A DNA stretch of 32,000 nt from Candidatus Nitrosopumilus koreensis AR1 (GCF_000299365.1 NC_018655.1:1020001-1052000), one strand, 5' to 3'. Shown: positions 8,686 through 16,762, counted from the stretch's first letter. Program-made: numbers and translations. Notes: a model not told the origin generated them from the sequence alone.

Positions 8686-8940
8686 TCATTTTTCTACTCT
8701 CCATAATGCGTAAAATGCTCCAACAACAATCAATGATATCCCAGTTATTGGGAGTATTGTAAATTCAGGTGCCACACCAACAGTTTCAATTTTTACCCCA
8801 TTGTCATCAATACTAGTGTAACTAACTGTCCCAGCAAAATACTCAATTGGAATATGAGTTATCTGAACAAATGCTAACCCAGAGAACCAAATCCCAATAA
8901 TTACTGTACCAATAATAATAATCATGTAAGGTGTTTTCAT
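8686..8940 (-). CDS. Small membrane protein with PEF-type C-terminal anchor
   Basis: MKTPYMIIIIGTVIIGIW signal anchor. The C-terminal 'VAPEFTILPITGISLIVVGAFYALWRVEK*' is PEF + TM + basic. The start is preceded by TAGAAAATGAAAAC, like the other cassettes. Confidence 0.55.
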   Translation of the reverse strand: MKTPYMIIIIGTVIIGIWFSGLAFVQITHIPIEYFAGTVSYTSIDDNGVKIETVGVAPEFTILPITGISLIVVGAFYALWRVEK

Positions 8941-8943
8941 TTT

Positions 8944-9462
8944 CTAATCTTGAACAATGACTTCAGTAGATATTGGAGGGGATAGCGCAGTTGGATTACC
9001 TACACTCTCCCAAGCAAAAGCTGTTATTCGATATTTTCCAGGTTCTGTAGGAAGCCAGGAGGTTTCCACAAACTTTTGTGCATAAAATTTTCCTTCACAT
9101 ATCTTATCTCCGCAAACATATGGCTCAGAATAAGTCCATTCGTTGTAGCATATTTTATCCCCACACACAAAAGAACCCGGTTGATCAGTTAATTTTTGCT
9201 GGAATCCTTCAAGCCAACTTAGCAACACAACTTGGTTTTTTTCATTAGTTATTTGATACAATATCACGTATTCAGTATTAGGAAAATTTGATTGGTAATC
9301 AGTTCGGATTGTATATTGCTGATTTGATTTTATGGGCATAGAATCATCCACCCCCTGAATTACAAGATTCTGTAAAGGTACTCTCTCCATTGGTGGTACT
9401 GCAAAAGAATCGGAACCGCCCATAATGCCAATTAAAACCAAAAGGATTACAAGATACTTCAT
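8944..9462 (-). CDS. Secreted protein, 'MKYL' leader-gene family (internal CGDKIC duplication)
   Basis: Signal peptide MKYLVILLVLIGIMGGSDSFA. 'CGDKICYNEW...CGDKICEGKF' is an internal repeat. The conserved promoter/leader block lies upstream. Confidence 0.65.
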   Translation of the reverse strand: MKYLVILLVLIGIMGGSDSFAVPPMERVPLQNLVIQGVDDSMPIKSNQQYTIRTDYQSNFPNTEYVILYQITNEKNQVVLLSWLEGFQQKLTDQPGSFVCGDKICYNEWTYSEPYVCGDKICEGKFYAQKFVETSWLPTEPGKYRITAFAWESVGNPTALSPPISTEVIVQD

Positions 9463-9483
9463 AATGTATGAAATCCTAGTCTG

Positions 9484-9505
9484 TCATTGAAAAGTGCTTC
9501 TGATG
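9484..9505 (-). promoter_or_regulatory. Conserved upstream block, copy C (CATCAGAAGCACTTTTCAATGA on the coding strand)
   Basis: Identical 22-mer at 10747-10768 and 15291-15312. Each copy ends exactly 21 nt upstream of an MKY(L/F) start codon. Confidence 0.6.
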
Positions 9506-9518
9506 ATTTACTTGTTTT

Positions 9519-9683
9519 TTATAGCCCAAAAGATTCTTCAAATGTTTGCCTTGGTTTTGGGTGTGTTTTTTTGGATTGCCTGTTTTTAATCAAGAATAAA
9601 ACAGGAAATCCTGCAATAATTGGTGAGAATCCTAACAACATGAAAAATAATGCTAGGTGTTCTGCTGAAAGCGACATAACCAT
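9519..9683 (-). CDS. Possible small membrane protein (54 aa, below the track cutoff)
   Basis: My translation of the minus strand is MVMSLSAEHLALFFMLLGFSPIIAGFPVLFLIKNRQSKKTHPKPRQTFEESFGL*. That is a hydrophobic helix plus a basic tail, co-oriented with its neighbours. It is antisense to track ORF 9487..9705. Confidence 0.3.
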   Translation of the reverse strand: MVMSLSAEHLALFFMLLGFSPIIAGFPVLFLIKNRQSKKTHPKPRQTFEESFGL

Positions 9684-9824
9684 ACAGAACAAGAGCAGTT
9701 CATAAAATATTCTATTCTAGACACTATTAGATGACTGCAAAATTTGCAAGTAAAAAAACATGACTGCAATCCTTGAAAAATAATTTACAAATTTCTGAAA
9801 TTTTTTATAATATAATTTTCCAGT

Positions 9825-10058
9825 TTAATTTTTCAAGATCCACATACAATTTCCAAGATCAAATTCATGGGTTTGATTTTGTATTAATATTGATGGGACA
9901 ATTTTATCAGGTCCACCAGGAATACAATTTTTTACAAATCTATTATTGTGTGCATCTTCATTTTGTTGTTTGTTTTCCAAATAATCGATTGTAAAATATG
10001 TTGAGCTAACAACTATTAAAATTCCAATTCCAATTATTATCAAAAGTCTAGTTTTCAT
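9825..10058 (-). CDS. MKTR-cassette protein (77 aa), N-terminal anchor, C-terminal CxPGG...THxF...CxW motif
   Basis: The start is ATGAAAACTAGA (MKTRLLIIIGIGILIV), 2 nt after the stop of 10060..10725. The C-terminus is 'NCIPGGPDKIVPSILIQNQTHEFDLGNCMW'. Confidence 0.55.
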   Translation of the reverse strand: MKTRLLIIIGIGILIVVSSTYFTIDYLENKQQNEDAHNNRFVKNCIPGGPDKIVPSILIQNQTHEFDLGNCMWILKN

Positions 10059-10059
10059 T

Positions 10060-10725
10060 TTATTTTCCAAATATCCATGAAATCAAATTGTCAAGATATG
10101 CAAAAATTCCAAAGAATGGGGCATCAGAGCCAACTTTGTCTGTTTTTATTGCTTGGCATATCCCGTCTACCAAAACAGTTCCTTTGCCGCATATATCATT
10201 ATCAACAAACTTATCTGATTCATTTAGATTCATATTTTTCAAAACAGAAAGATTGCGCCCATTAACAGAACAAATATCTCTTTGTACTCCTTTGCCTTCT
10301 TTGCAAATAATCTCCTTGACTACCTGTGAATCCCCTAATCTGATTATCAAATCAGTATCTGCATATCCATGAGTATTTTTTTGAAGATATAGCAAAACCA
10401 CTTGATCCTGCAGGTATGGCTGAGTTGCGTAACTCATTCCATGAGGTTCTCTTGTGAATAATCCCGTAACTGTTACTGTTTGATTATAACTGGATGTTTT
10501 GAAATATTTTTCAGCTTCAATTTCATACATGACAACCCCCAATCTCTCTGTGGAAGTGTTTTCTGTTTTTGTAACCTCTGGCTCAGATAAGATTTCTACT
10601 GATATGACTTTGCCAACTAGAACTATATCTGAATAATCAAATGCGTGTGATGGGTCTAATTGCGGAACAGCGTAAGATATGCTGGTAAAACTGGCAATAA
10701 TTAGTAGAATTACAAGATACTTCAT
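10060..10725 (-). CDS. Secreted protein, 'MKYL' leader-gene family
   Basis: Signal peptide MKYLVILLIIASFTSISYA. The conserved promoter/leader block lies upstream. Confidence 0.65.
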   Translation of the reverse strand: MKYLVILLIIASFTSISYAVPQLDPSHAFDYSDIVLVGKVISVEILSEPEVTKTENTSTERLGVVMYEIEAEKYFKTSSYNQTVTVTGLFTREPHGMSYATQPYLQDQVVLLYLQKNTHGYADTDLIIRLGDSQVVKEIICKEGKGVQRDICSVNGRNLSVLKNMNLNESDKFVDNDICGKGTVLVDGICQAIKTDKVGSDAPFFGIFAYLDNLISWIFGK

Positions 10726-10746
10726 ACTGTATGAAGTCTTATTTTA

Positions 10747-10768
10747 TCATTGAAAAGTGCTTCTGATG
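10747..10768 (-). promoter_or_regulatory. Conserved upstream block, copy B
   Basis: Same 22-mer, ending 21 nt upstream of the ATG at 10725. Confidence 0.6.
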
Positions 10769-10778
10769 TTTTGTATCT

Positions 10779-11330
10779 TTAGTTTTGTTTTCCAAGCAGA
10801 TGTTCCATATCGACAGTTACATCTTTTTCGTTTAACATGGTTATCTGATGCTCAATCTCTGCACGAGTTTCATTGCCATACGAAATCAAAATCCGATCCC
10901 CATCGCTTACGTCATAGTCTGAAACATCATCTATCATATTGTCGTTTACAAAATACTTTAGAGAATATCTTTCATCTGTACAATAACTAGTGCCATTTGT
11001 AATTGCAATGCATTTTTCATCAAGTTTAAAATTCAACGTTTCAAACAGATAGCCAACCGTAACCCTATCGCCATGAATGTGTATGACATCATCATAGGGC
11101 GACTGGAAATTTATCCAATAACTTACTTGTTGGTATTGGGGGTCGTTTAGATCAAACTTTTCGCCATGGATCATGAACAGTATTCCTGCATGTTGGTGTA
11201 CTTTGTTTATTATTGGAGGAGCAAACAGTGACTCTGATTCCTGATTATTCTTGATCATTAACAATAACACACCAATTATAATTACCATAACTACAATTAT
11301 TCCAATAATTATCAGAAATCTAGTTTTCAT
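10779..11330 (-). CDS. MKTR-cassette protein with His-rich motifs (HQH...HIHGD)
   Basis: MKTRFLIIIGIIVVMVIIIGVLLL anchor, with 'VHQHAGILFMIHGEKFDL' and 'VIHIHGDRVTVGYLF'. This could be a metal site, which is inference only. Confidence 0.6.
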   Translation of the reverse strand: MKTRFLIIIGIIVVMVIIIGVLLLMIKNNQESESLFAPPIINKVHQHAGILFMIHGEKFDLNDPQYQQVSYWINFQSPYDDVIHIHGDRVTVGYLFETLNFKLDEKCIAITNGTSYCTDERYSLKYFVNDNMIDDVSDYDVSDGDRILISYGNETRAEIEHQITMLNEKDVTVDMEHLLGKQN

Positions 11331-11336
11331 TTTCTA

Positions 11337-11783
11337 TCAGTTAATCTTGTCCCAATTGAGAATTAGAAAAACAGCATCTTCATACTTGTACAGATTTGTT
11401 GACTTGTCTTCCACCCATTTGTTATAGTGATCAAGTTCAGATGGAGACATTCCAACTCGGATATTATACTCATTAGGAGTTATTCGTACTTCATATTTTT
11501 CATTAGTTGAATCTTGATGGATGACGTATTCATGATCACCATTATTTTCAACAGTAAGTAAAACATCCATCATGTATTTTATTTTTGGAACGTCGTCATA
11601 GTCGGTCTCTTGCATTTGGTAAACAGGATATTTGTCTAGAAATGGAGCATACATTTCTGGATCATCTGAATACATCAGTCCCATTCCTTCATTGTATGAA
11701 GGAACGTATGTGGAAAAATAAAAGACCATAAAGCCCAGAACAATTCCAAGCAATGTAAAGGTAATCAGCGTTCTAGTTTTCAT
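11337..11783 (-). CDS. MKTR-cassette protein (148 aa)
   Basis: The start ATGAAAACTAGA at 11783 (MKTRTLITFTLLGIVLGF) overlaps the ...GAAAACTAG end of the upstream gene. The track's longer 11337..11930 N-terminus is read-through of that overlap. Confidence 0.6.
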   Translation of the reverse strand: MKTRTLITFTLLGIVLGFMVFYFSTYVPSYNEGMGLMYSDDPEMYAPFLDKYPVYQMQETDYDDVPKIKYMMDVLLTVENNGDHEYVIHQDSTNEKYEVRITPNEYNIRVGMSPSELDHYNKWVEDKSTNLYKYEDAVFLILNWDKIN

Positions 11784-12222
11784 TTTCTTTTTTTCCACAT
11801 ATTTTGCATTTGTAATCGCCAAGATCAGAATCAGACTCGTTTGTTTTTCTAGTTTGATCTTTTGAAATAAATTCAAACTCTTCAGATCCACAGAAATTGC
11901 ATTTCCTTGGATGGTATTCCAAGTTTTCAAACTCTTTTTTCTTTTTCAAATATTCTTCTTTGGTGATTTTTTCTTCAATGTATTTTTTTTCTAATATTCT
12001 CAATGCCTCATCGTTTTGTTCTTTTTCATATTCGTTGATTGGATCAATTCGTCTATAATTCAGAAGAGAGTCTTTATCTCTAAAAGCATGTTTTTTTGTA
12101 TACCATAAAATTGCTCCAGCAGATACAATTCCCAAAATCAACCCATATGGAAATGGCATGACTGTTTGAATCAAAAAGAAAACAACAATTGCAGATATTA
12201 TTCCAATGAAGATGGATTTCAT
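11773..12222 (-). CDS. Membrane protein with SHOCT-like helix and C-terminal zinc ribbon
   Basis: The ATG at 12222 (MKSIFIGIISAIVVFF) shares an ATGA overlap with the upstream stop. There are two TM helices. 'ALRILEKKYIEEKITKEEYLKKKKEF' is SHOCT-like. 'CNFC...CKIC' is a zinc ribbon. Confidence 0.55.
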   Translation of the reverse strand: MKSIFIGIISAIVVFFLIQTVMPFPYGLILGIVSAGAILWYTKKHAFRDKDSLLNYRRIDPINEYEKEQNDEALRILEKKYIEEKITKEEYLKKKKEFENLEYHPRKCNFCGSEEFEFISKDQTRKTNESDSDLGDYKCKICGKKENEN

Positions 12223-12953
12223 TTTCGTTTCCACCAATAGATAATTCCAACAATAAAAGACACGCCAAGACTGCTAGCAAGAACTGCCAAAAACACATCC
12301 TCTGAGCTAGTTTTAGATGCCAAAATATTTGGACCATGCATTATGTTCCTAGGCTGACATAGTGCTTGCCCATTTTCACACATTTCATCTAACTGGTTAG
12401 TAGGAAGTGAACGTTTAGACTCTGGTGATGGCATTATCACCCAAGTGTTTTCAGGTAATGGAATTATGTCTGGATTGTATTTCAGGTATATGTCCATAGA
12501 TTCATCAAATCTTTTAATCTCAGATTCATCAACATAATCAAAAGAAATTTTGACTTTCATGTCAGGAGGTAAAGAATTCCTCATGCTAATCGAGGGATGA
12601 ATCTGCAAGGTGTCTTGAATTGCATTGTCTTGATAAAACCCCCAACCACCTATGAAATCTTTAGATGATTGTATTGCATAGTTTTCCCAATCTAGATGAA
12701 TTCCTAGTTTTCTAACGTCATCTTCGTTTAAATCCAAATCATCAACTGCCCTACAAAAAATATTGCCAGGAGTTGCACTACCATCATATCTTGGACTCCA
12801 AAGAGTACGACAGATTTCTAAAAGTTCATCAGGAGTACATGATTCATCAGCAGTTCCCACTTGTTTGTCACAACTAGCATCTGCATTAAGAAAAACAAAT
12901 GGAGCTAATGTGACTCCAATGATGCCAAGCATTATCAAAATTCTAGTTTTCAT
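12219..12953 (-). CDS. MKTR-cassette secreted protein with C-terminal TM + WKRK anchor
   Basis: MKTRILIMLGIIGVTLAPFVFLNADA|SC signal. The C-terminus is 'VFLAVLASSLGVSFIVGIIYWWKRK*'. ATGA overlaps at both ends. Confidence 0.65.
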   Translation of the reverse strand: MKTRILIMLGIIGVTLAPFVFLNADASCDKQVGTADESCTPDELLEICRTLWSPRYDGSATPGNIFCRAVDDLDLNEDDVRKLGIHLDWENYAIQSSKDFIGGWGFYQDNAIQDTLQIHPSISMRNSLPPDMKVKISFDYVDESEIKRFDESMDIYLKYNPDIIPLPENTWVIMPSPESKRSLPTNQLDEMCENGQALCQPRNIMHGPNILASKTSSEDVFLAVLASSLGVSFIVGIIYWWKRK

Positions 12954-13489
12954 TTTCTTCTCCAAAAAAACACCAAACCGACTCCAATTCCAACTCCAGA
13001 TAAAATTCCAAGAATTATTACATACATGTTAAAATCAGGATCAATTCCAAGACCTCCAAGTTCTACTTTATTTGAAGCCAGTTGATATCGTTCATCATCA
13101 GTATATGGGTCATGATCTGTTGAACTTTCATTAATCATGAATTCTTCAAATTGCCCAAAATATTCACCCGTGTTGGGAGCTCTTCCAGAAAAAAAATAAT
13201 ATTCATACACGTTTCTGTTCTGAATTGATTCATCTACCCATTCTTGCAGAGTGTTTTCATTGATTGCCTTTTCAAGTTCAATGCGTTTTTGTTCCATGAA
13301 TTCAGTGCCTTTGAAAGAGTAGTATTGACTCCATTTGTTTACTTCTCCTTGATCATATTTTCCATTTCCAATAGAATCAAGGCATGGAGCATCTGGCCAG
13401 TCTTCGTTTACTATGCAAGATGCAAAAGAATATGGAATTGACAAAAACAGTCCAAAGATTACAAATATTATCAAGAGTCTAGTTTTCAT
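12950..13489 (-). CDS. MKTR-cassette secreted protein with C-terminal TM + WRRK anchor
   Basis: MKTRLLIIFVIFGLFLSIPYSFA|SC signal. The C-terminus is 'DPDFNMYVIILGILSGVGIGVGLVFFWRRK*'. Confidence 0.65.
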   Translation of the reverse strand: MKTRLLIIFVIFGLFLSIPYSFASCIVNEDWPDAPCLDSIGNGKYDQGEVNKWSQYYSFKGTEFMEQKRIELEKAINENTLQEWVDESIQNRNVYEYYFFSGRAPNTGEYFGQFEEFMINESSTDHDPYTDDERYQLASNKVELGGLGIDPDFNMYVIILGILSGVGIGVGLVFFWRRK

Positions 13490-15269
13490 CTTTCCAGTAG
13501 TTCTCCAGCCACAGACCAAGTTCAAGGTCAGGCTCTACAAGTATCGTATCTGTCTTCCAAATTTTATAACAGTCATCAGGTTGTATTTTGTCAATGTATG
13601 TTCCTGTTATCTCAAAGGGCTCATAGACAAACACAGATGAGACATACAGTTCAGTCCCATTGGATGCAATTATCGGAGAGCATACGCGGTGAACACCATC
13701 ATATCCAATGTCATTGTTTGCATAGGATTGCTCTTTTGGAGTAAATTCAACCCCATTTCTGTGCAAAAAGCCATTCCAGACATACGGAAATACAGATTCC
13801 ATACTTGTTGGAATTATTGCATCTGATGAATTAAACTCAATGTCCACATCCCCGCCAGTAATATCAATTATTTTTTGTTCGATTAGTTTTCTATCAGAAT
13901 CATAATATTTTTCAAGAATATCTACAATCAAAAATCCATCACCAATCCCATAACCTACAATTACATCTTTGATGTTAAACGAGCCCCAAGACACATTGGC
14001 ATGATATGCTTCTCGGAGTTTGTCTCGCGCATCAAGTAGAGTCTGTTGATCAGTATCAATGGGTTCTGGTTCAGGAGGAAGAGTTCTCTTAAATTCACAT
14101 TCTTGACTTACGTCACTGAGGAACATATTATCAGGACATGGAAGTACCACTTTGCAGTTTTTTTCAGTTTCATTATAAAATTTCCAAGGAGGGCAAGAAT
14201 TAGGATATTCTGATGGAGGTTCACGAGTTATTCTATTTTCTTGAGTATCTTTTACCCAACCAACACCAGGGTATAGTTTGTATCCTGCATCCAGCATAAG
14301 GTCTCTTTCTGCTTTTGATGTGATGATCAGATTTCGCTCAACTAATTTTAGAAGAGTGTGTTCTTTTACACATGCAGGAGTGCCATTGTTTTTTGTAACC
14401 AGAGTTAATGAGTCTCTGCACTGAATCTCATCAGATGGAACTCCTGACTTGAATTGTTTAAGAGGGGACATCGACCATGGAACAGGATAGACAGTACGGT
14501 CAAGTGACATACCAGAAGGATTTTGCCTTACGACAAATTCTTTGCTAATGTGTACATCATCAAAGTCTATCTCAAGATAGTATTTTCCAGAATCATTGAT
14601 AATTATTGGACGGTCTTCATTGTATCCAATTTTGGTTTGTATCGGAATTGAACTGGAGGTCAAGTCAGGAGAACACGATATTTCTGCACCCCATCCCAAA
14701 ACAAAGTTTCCTTCTTCATCAATTATCTTTGCATCATACGAATTGCAGTCAGCATCAGCAGTCTTTTCTAAAATGAACTGTATGGGCTCCCCAACCATAT
14801 GAGCATATGAAAAATCAATGAATCGGTATTTTTCAGAATCAGTACTGTCTTGTACTAGAACATCAAGTGCGACCTGATCATTCCATGAGCTTTTTTGCAG
14901 TTCATCAGTTTGAAAATGATGCCCAACATATGAAATGCTAAGAAAGATTTTGTTATGCTCAATCTGAGGGTCTACAGTAAGGGTCACTGGAATTCTTTTG
15001 ATCTGTCCTTGCGTGATTTCTATGGAATCAACGTCAACTTGAACAAATTGTCTGGCACTTGATGGGTTTACCTCAATTACAGGGGAAAAATCATTCATCG
15101 TGTAAGGTCCTGAAGTATACAAGAATCGGATGGTCATTTCAGTTGATTTGCCTGCAACTACTTCAGATAATGGCGGATCTATACTTGAATTTCCATTAAA
15201 TGATGATTCTGCAAATGCTTGAGGCATAAACAAAATTGCAACAAATGACAAAATCAAAAAATACTTCAT
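13479..15269 (-). CDS. Large secreted protein (596 aa), 'MKYF' leader gene of the longest cassette string
   Basis: Signal peptide MKYFLILSFVAILFMPQAFA|ESS. Cys-rich central part. The motif 'PACVKEHTLLKLVERN' is shared with 15321..16133. The conserved promoter block lies upstream. Confidence 0.75.
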   Translation of the reverse strand: MKYFLILSFVAILFMPQAFAESSFNGNSSIDPPLSEVVAGKSTEMTIRFLYTSGPYTMNDFSPVIEVNPSSARQFVQVDVDSIEITQGQIKRIPVTLTVDPQIEHNKIFLSISYVGHHFQTDELQKSSWNDQVALDVLVQDSTDSEKYRFIDFSYAHMVGEPIQFILEKTADADCNSYDAKIIDEEGNFVLGWGAEISCSPDLTSSSIPIQTKIGYNEDRPIIINDSGKYYLEIDFDDVHISKEFVVRQNPSGMSLDRTVYPVPWSMSPLKQFKSGVPSDEIQCRDSLTLVTKNNGTPACVKEHTLLKLVERNLIITSKAERDLMLDAGYKLYPGVGWVKDTQENRITREPPSEYPNSCPPWKFYNETEKNCKVVLPCPDNMFLSDVSQECEFKRTLPPEPEPIDTDQQTLLDARDKLREAYHANVSWGSFNIKDVIVGYGIGDGFLIVDILEKYYDSDRKLIEQKIIDITGGDVDIEFNSSDAIIPTSMESVFPYVWNGFLHRNGVEFTPKEQSYANNDIGYDGVHRVCSPIIASNGTELYVSSVFVYEPFEITGTYIDKIQPDDCYKIWKTDTILVEPDLELGLWLENYWKDEN

Positions 15270-15290
15270 ACTGTATGAAAATTCATCACA

Positions 15291-15312
15291 TCATTGAAAA
15301 GTGCTTCTGATG
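15291..15312 (-). promoter_or_regulatory. Conserved upstream block, copy A
   Basis: Same 22-mer, ending 21 nt upstream of the ATG at 15269. Confidence 0.6.
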
Positions 15313-15320
15313 TATGATAT

Positions 15321-16133
15321 CTAGTTATTTTTGTGCACGCCAGTTTCATCACAGGTGTATGTTCCCAAGAAATTCAAAATGTTTTCTTGTGCAACATCTG
15401 TCTGATGGACTCGTTGAGCATAGCAATGAAATGATATGTCTTTTATGTTGTGGTTTTGGTCCAGATTCAGATTCATTCTAACGCTGAAATTATCTCCGTC
15501 TCCTGCAAAATAAGACAGGATGTTATCATCAAAGAGTACATCCGCGTCATCATACACGCTGTAAAATGCTACAACCTCTGGCAGTGTTTTGTAATAATCT
15601 AAAATTGGTTCATCAGAGAAAATAGTTTTTGCAACCCATCCTCTCTGAACTAATTTTAGAACGGACTCTTCAAACACGCAAACAGCTTTGCTGTAATCAG
15701 GTTTTACCACCAACTCACGTTCAGGGGCACATCCATTTAGTGCAGCAGCAGAATATTTTTCAAATATTATGTATTCAGACTTTGATGTTTGAACTATATC
15801 TCCATTGACCTTTCCAACAATCATTATGAAAAACCTTCCAACATCATCAAGAAAGTAATTCTGATGAGTCCCAAAACTTTTTCCAGGAGATACGTCACCT
15901 GAATGCTGTTTTGTATCCCAATAGTTGTCACCTTCTATGTTTTCAAAAATATACTCAATTGATGCAGTTGTGCCGTAATTGTTTGGGTTGTTCACTGAAG
16001 TGTGTATAGCAACAGGGTTTCCAACTTGACCGTAAAATGTCCCGTATCGGTCATCAACATGTTCAGCAAATACAGAAGGCATGAAAAACAGCATAAAGAC
16101 AAAACTGATCCCAATAACTGCTGTACCCACCAT
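15321..16133 (-). CDS. Secreted hypothetical protein (270 aa)
   Basis: Signal peptide MVGTAVIGISFVFMLFFMPSVFA|EH. The motif 'AVCVFEESVLKLVQRGW' is shared with the 596-aa protein. Confidence 0.65.
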   Translation of the reverse strand: MVGTAVIGISFVFMLFFMPSVFAEHVDDRYGTFYGQVGNPVAIHTSVNNPNNYGTTASIEYIFENIEGDNYWDTKQHSGDVSPGKSFGTHQNYFLDDVGRFFIMIVGKVNGDIVQTSKSEYIIFEKYSAAALNGCAPERELVVKPDYSKAVCVFEESVLKLVQRGWVAKTIFSDEPILDYYKTLPEVVAFYSVYDDADVLFDDNILSYFAGDGDNFSVRMNLNLDQNHNIKDISFHCYAQRVHQTDVAQENILNFLGTYTCDETGVHKNN

Positions 16134-16233
16134 GAAAAATCGACTGGACTTTTACATATAACAGGAACTGATGAATGATTAGTAAAATTTTGAGTTTTTA
16201 CGCATAAAGGAAGTTTATTTTAGAAGAAAAGCA

Positions 16234-16569
16234 TCAATGCAAGTTCAGCATAACTTGCTTTACAGTAACCATGTCGCTGTCATCATGATACGCAATGACA
16301 TAGAGAACTGCAAGGCCGTTTTCAAGAGAAGTAATATCAGCTAGAACTATTTCATTATCAGATGTGTTTTGAGAAAAATTAGGAACACAGCTTACACATC
16401 CCACCTCATAATACGATACTGCATCATCGTTATTCCATGTCACTTGTACTGATGCCAGGGAACCGTCATATTCAATCACAGCAGTATCAATGTCATCTAA
16501 TGGCTGGGCGTATGCAGTGCCAAACAAGCCCAGAACAGCCACAGACATGGCAATCAGCAGAGGTTTCAT
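16234..16569 (-). CDS. Small secreted protein (111 aa)
   Basis: Signal peptide MKPLLIAMSVAVLGLFGTAYA|QP, followed by a beta-rich, Ig/FN3-like sequence. Confidence 0.6.
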   Translation of the reverse strand: MKPLLIAMSVAVLGLFGTAYAQPLDDIDTAVIEYDGSLASVQVTWNNDDAVSYYEVGCVSCVPNFSQNTSDNEIVLADITSLENGLAVLYVIAYHDDSDMVTVKQVMLNLH

Positions 16570-16650
16570 GTTAGTGATGATTTGGCGATTTTGACATTGA
16601 TAAACCCTTCTTATCTTTTGTATTCTGAGTACGAAAAAATATTTTTAGGG

Positions 16651-16694
16651 TTGACCAACTAGAGTCAACTATTTTAGCCCCTTTAGGCACAAAA
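16651..16694 (+). repeat. Degenerate att-like site plus arm, homologous to 4553-4606
   Basis: TTGACCAACTAGAGTCAACTATTTTAGCCCCTTTAGGCACAAAA aligns with GCCGACTAGTAGTCAAC[11-nt insert]CTATTTTAGCCCCGTTTAGGCACAAA at the left island end. Confidence 0.6.
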
Positions 16695-16762
16695 GGGATT
16701 GAAGAAACAATATCAAATACACACCATTACTTTATTCACTATATTCTCCCTTGTTCATTTTG

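Noticed and set aside
9487-9705. Plus-strand ORFs that begin inside the conserved promoter blocks (9487..9705, 10757..10990)
   Set aside because: Both start (TTG/GTG) within the conserved 22-mer read in reverse. Both are antisense to better-supported minus-strand coding sequence or hydrophobic frames, so they are artefacts of the repeat.
11784-11930. The long N-terminus of track ORF 11337..11930
   Set aside because: This part overlaps the 3' end of 11773..12222 in another frame. The conserved ATGAAAACTAGA start at 11783 gives a normal signal anchor.
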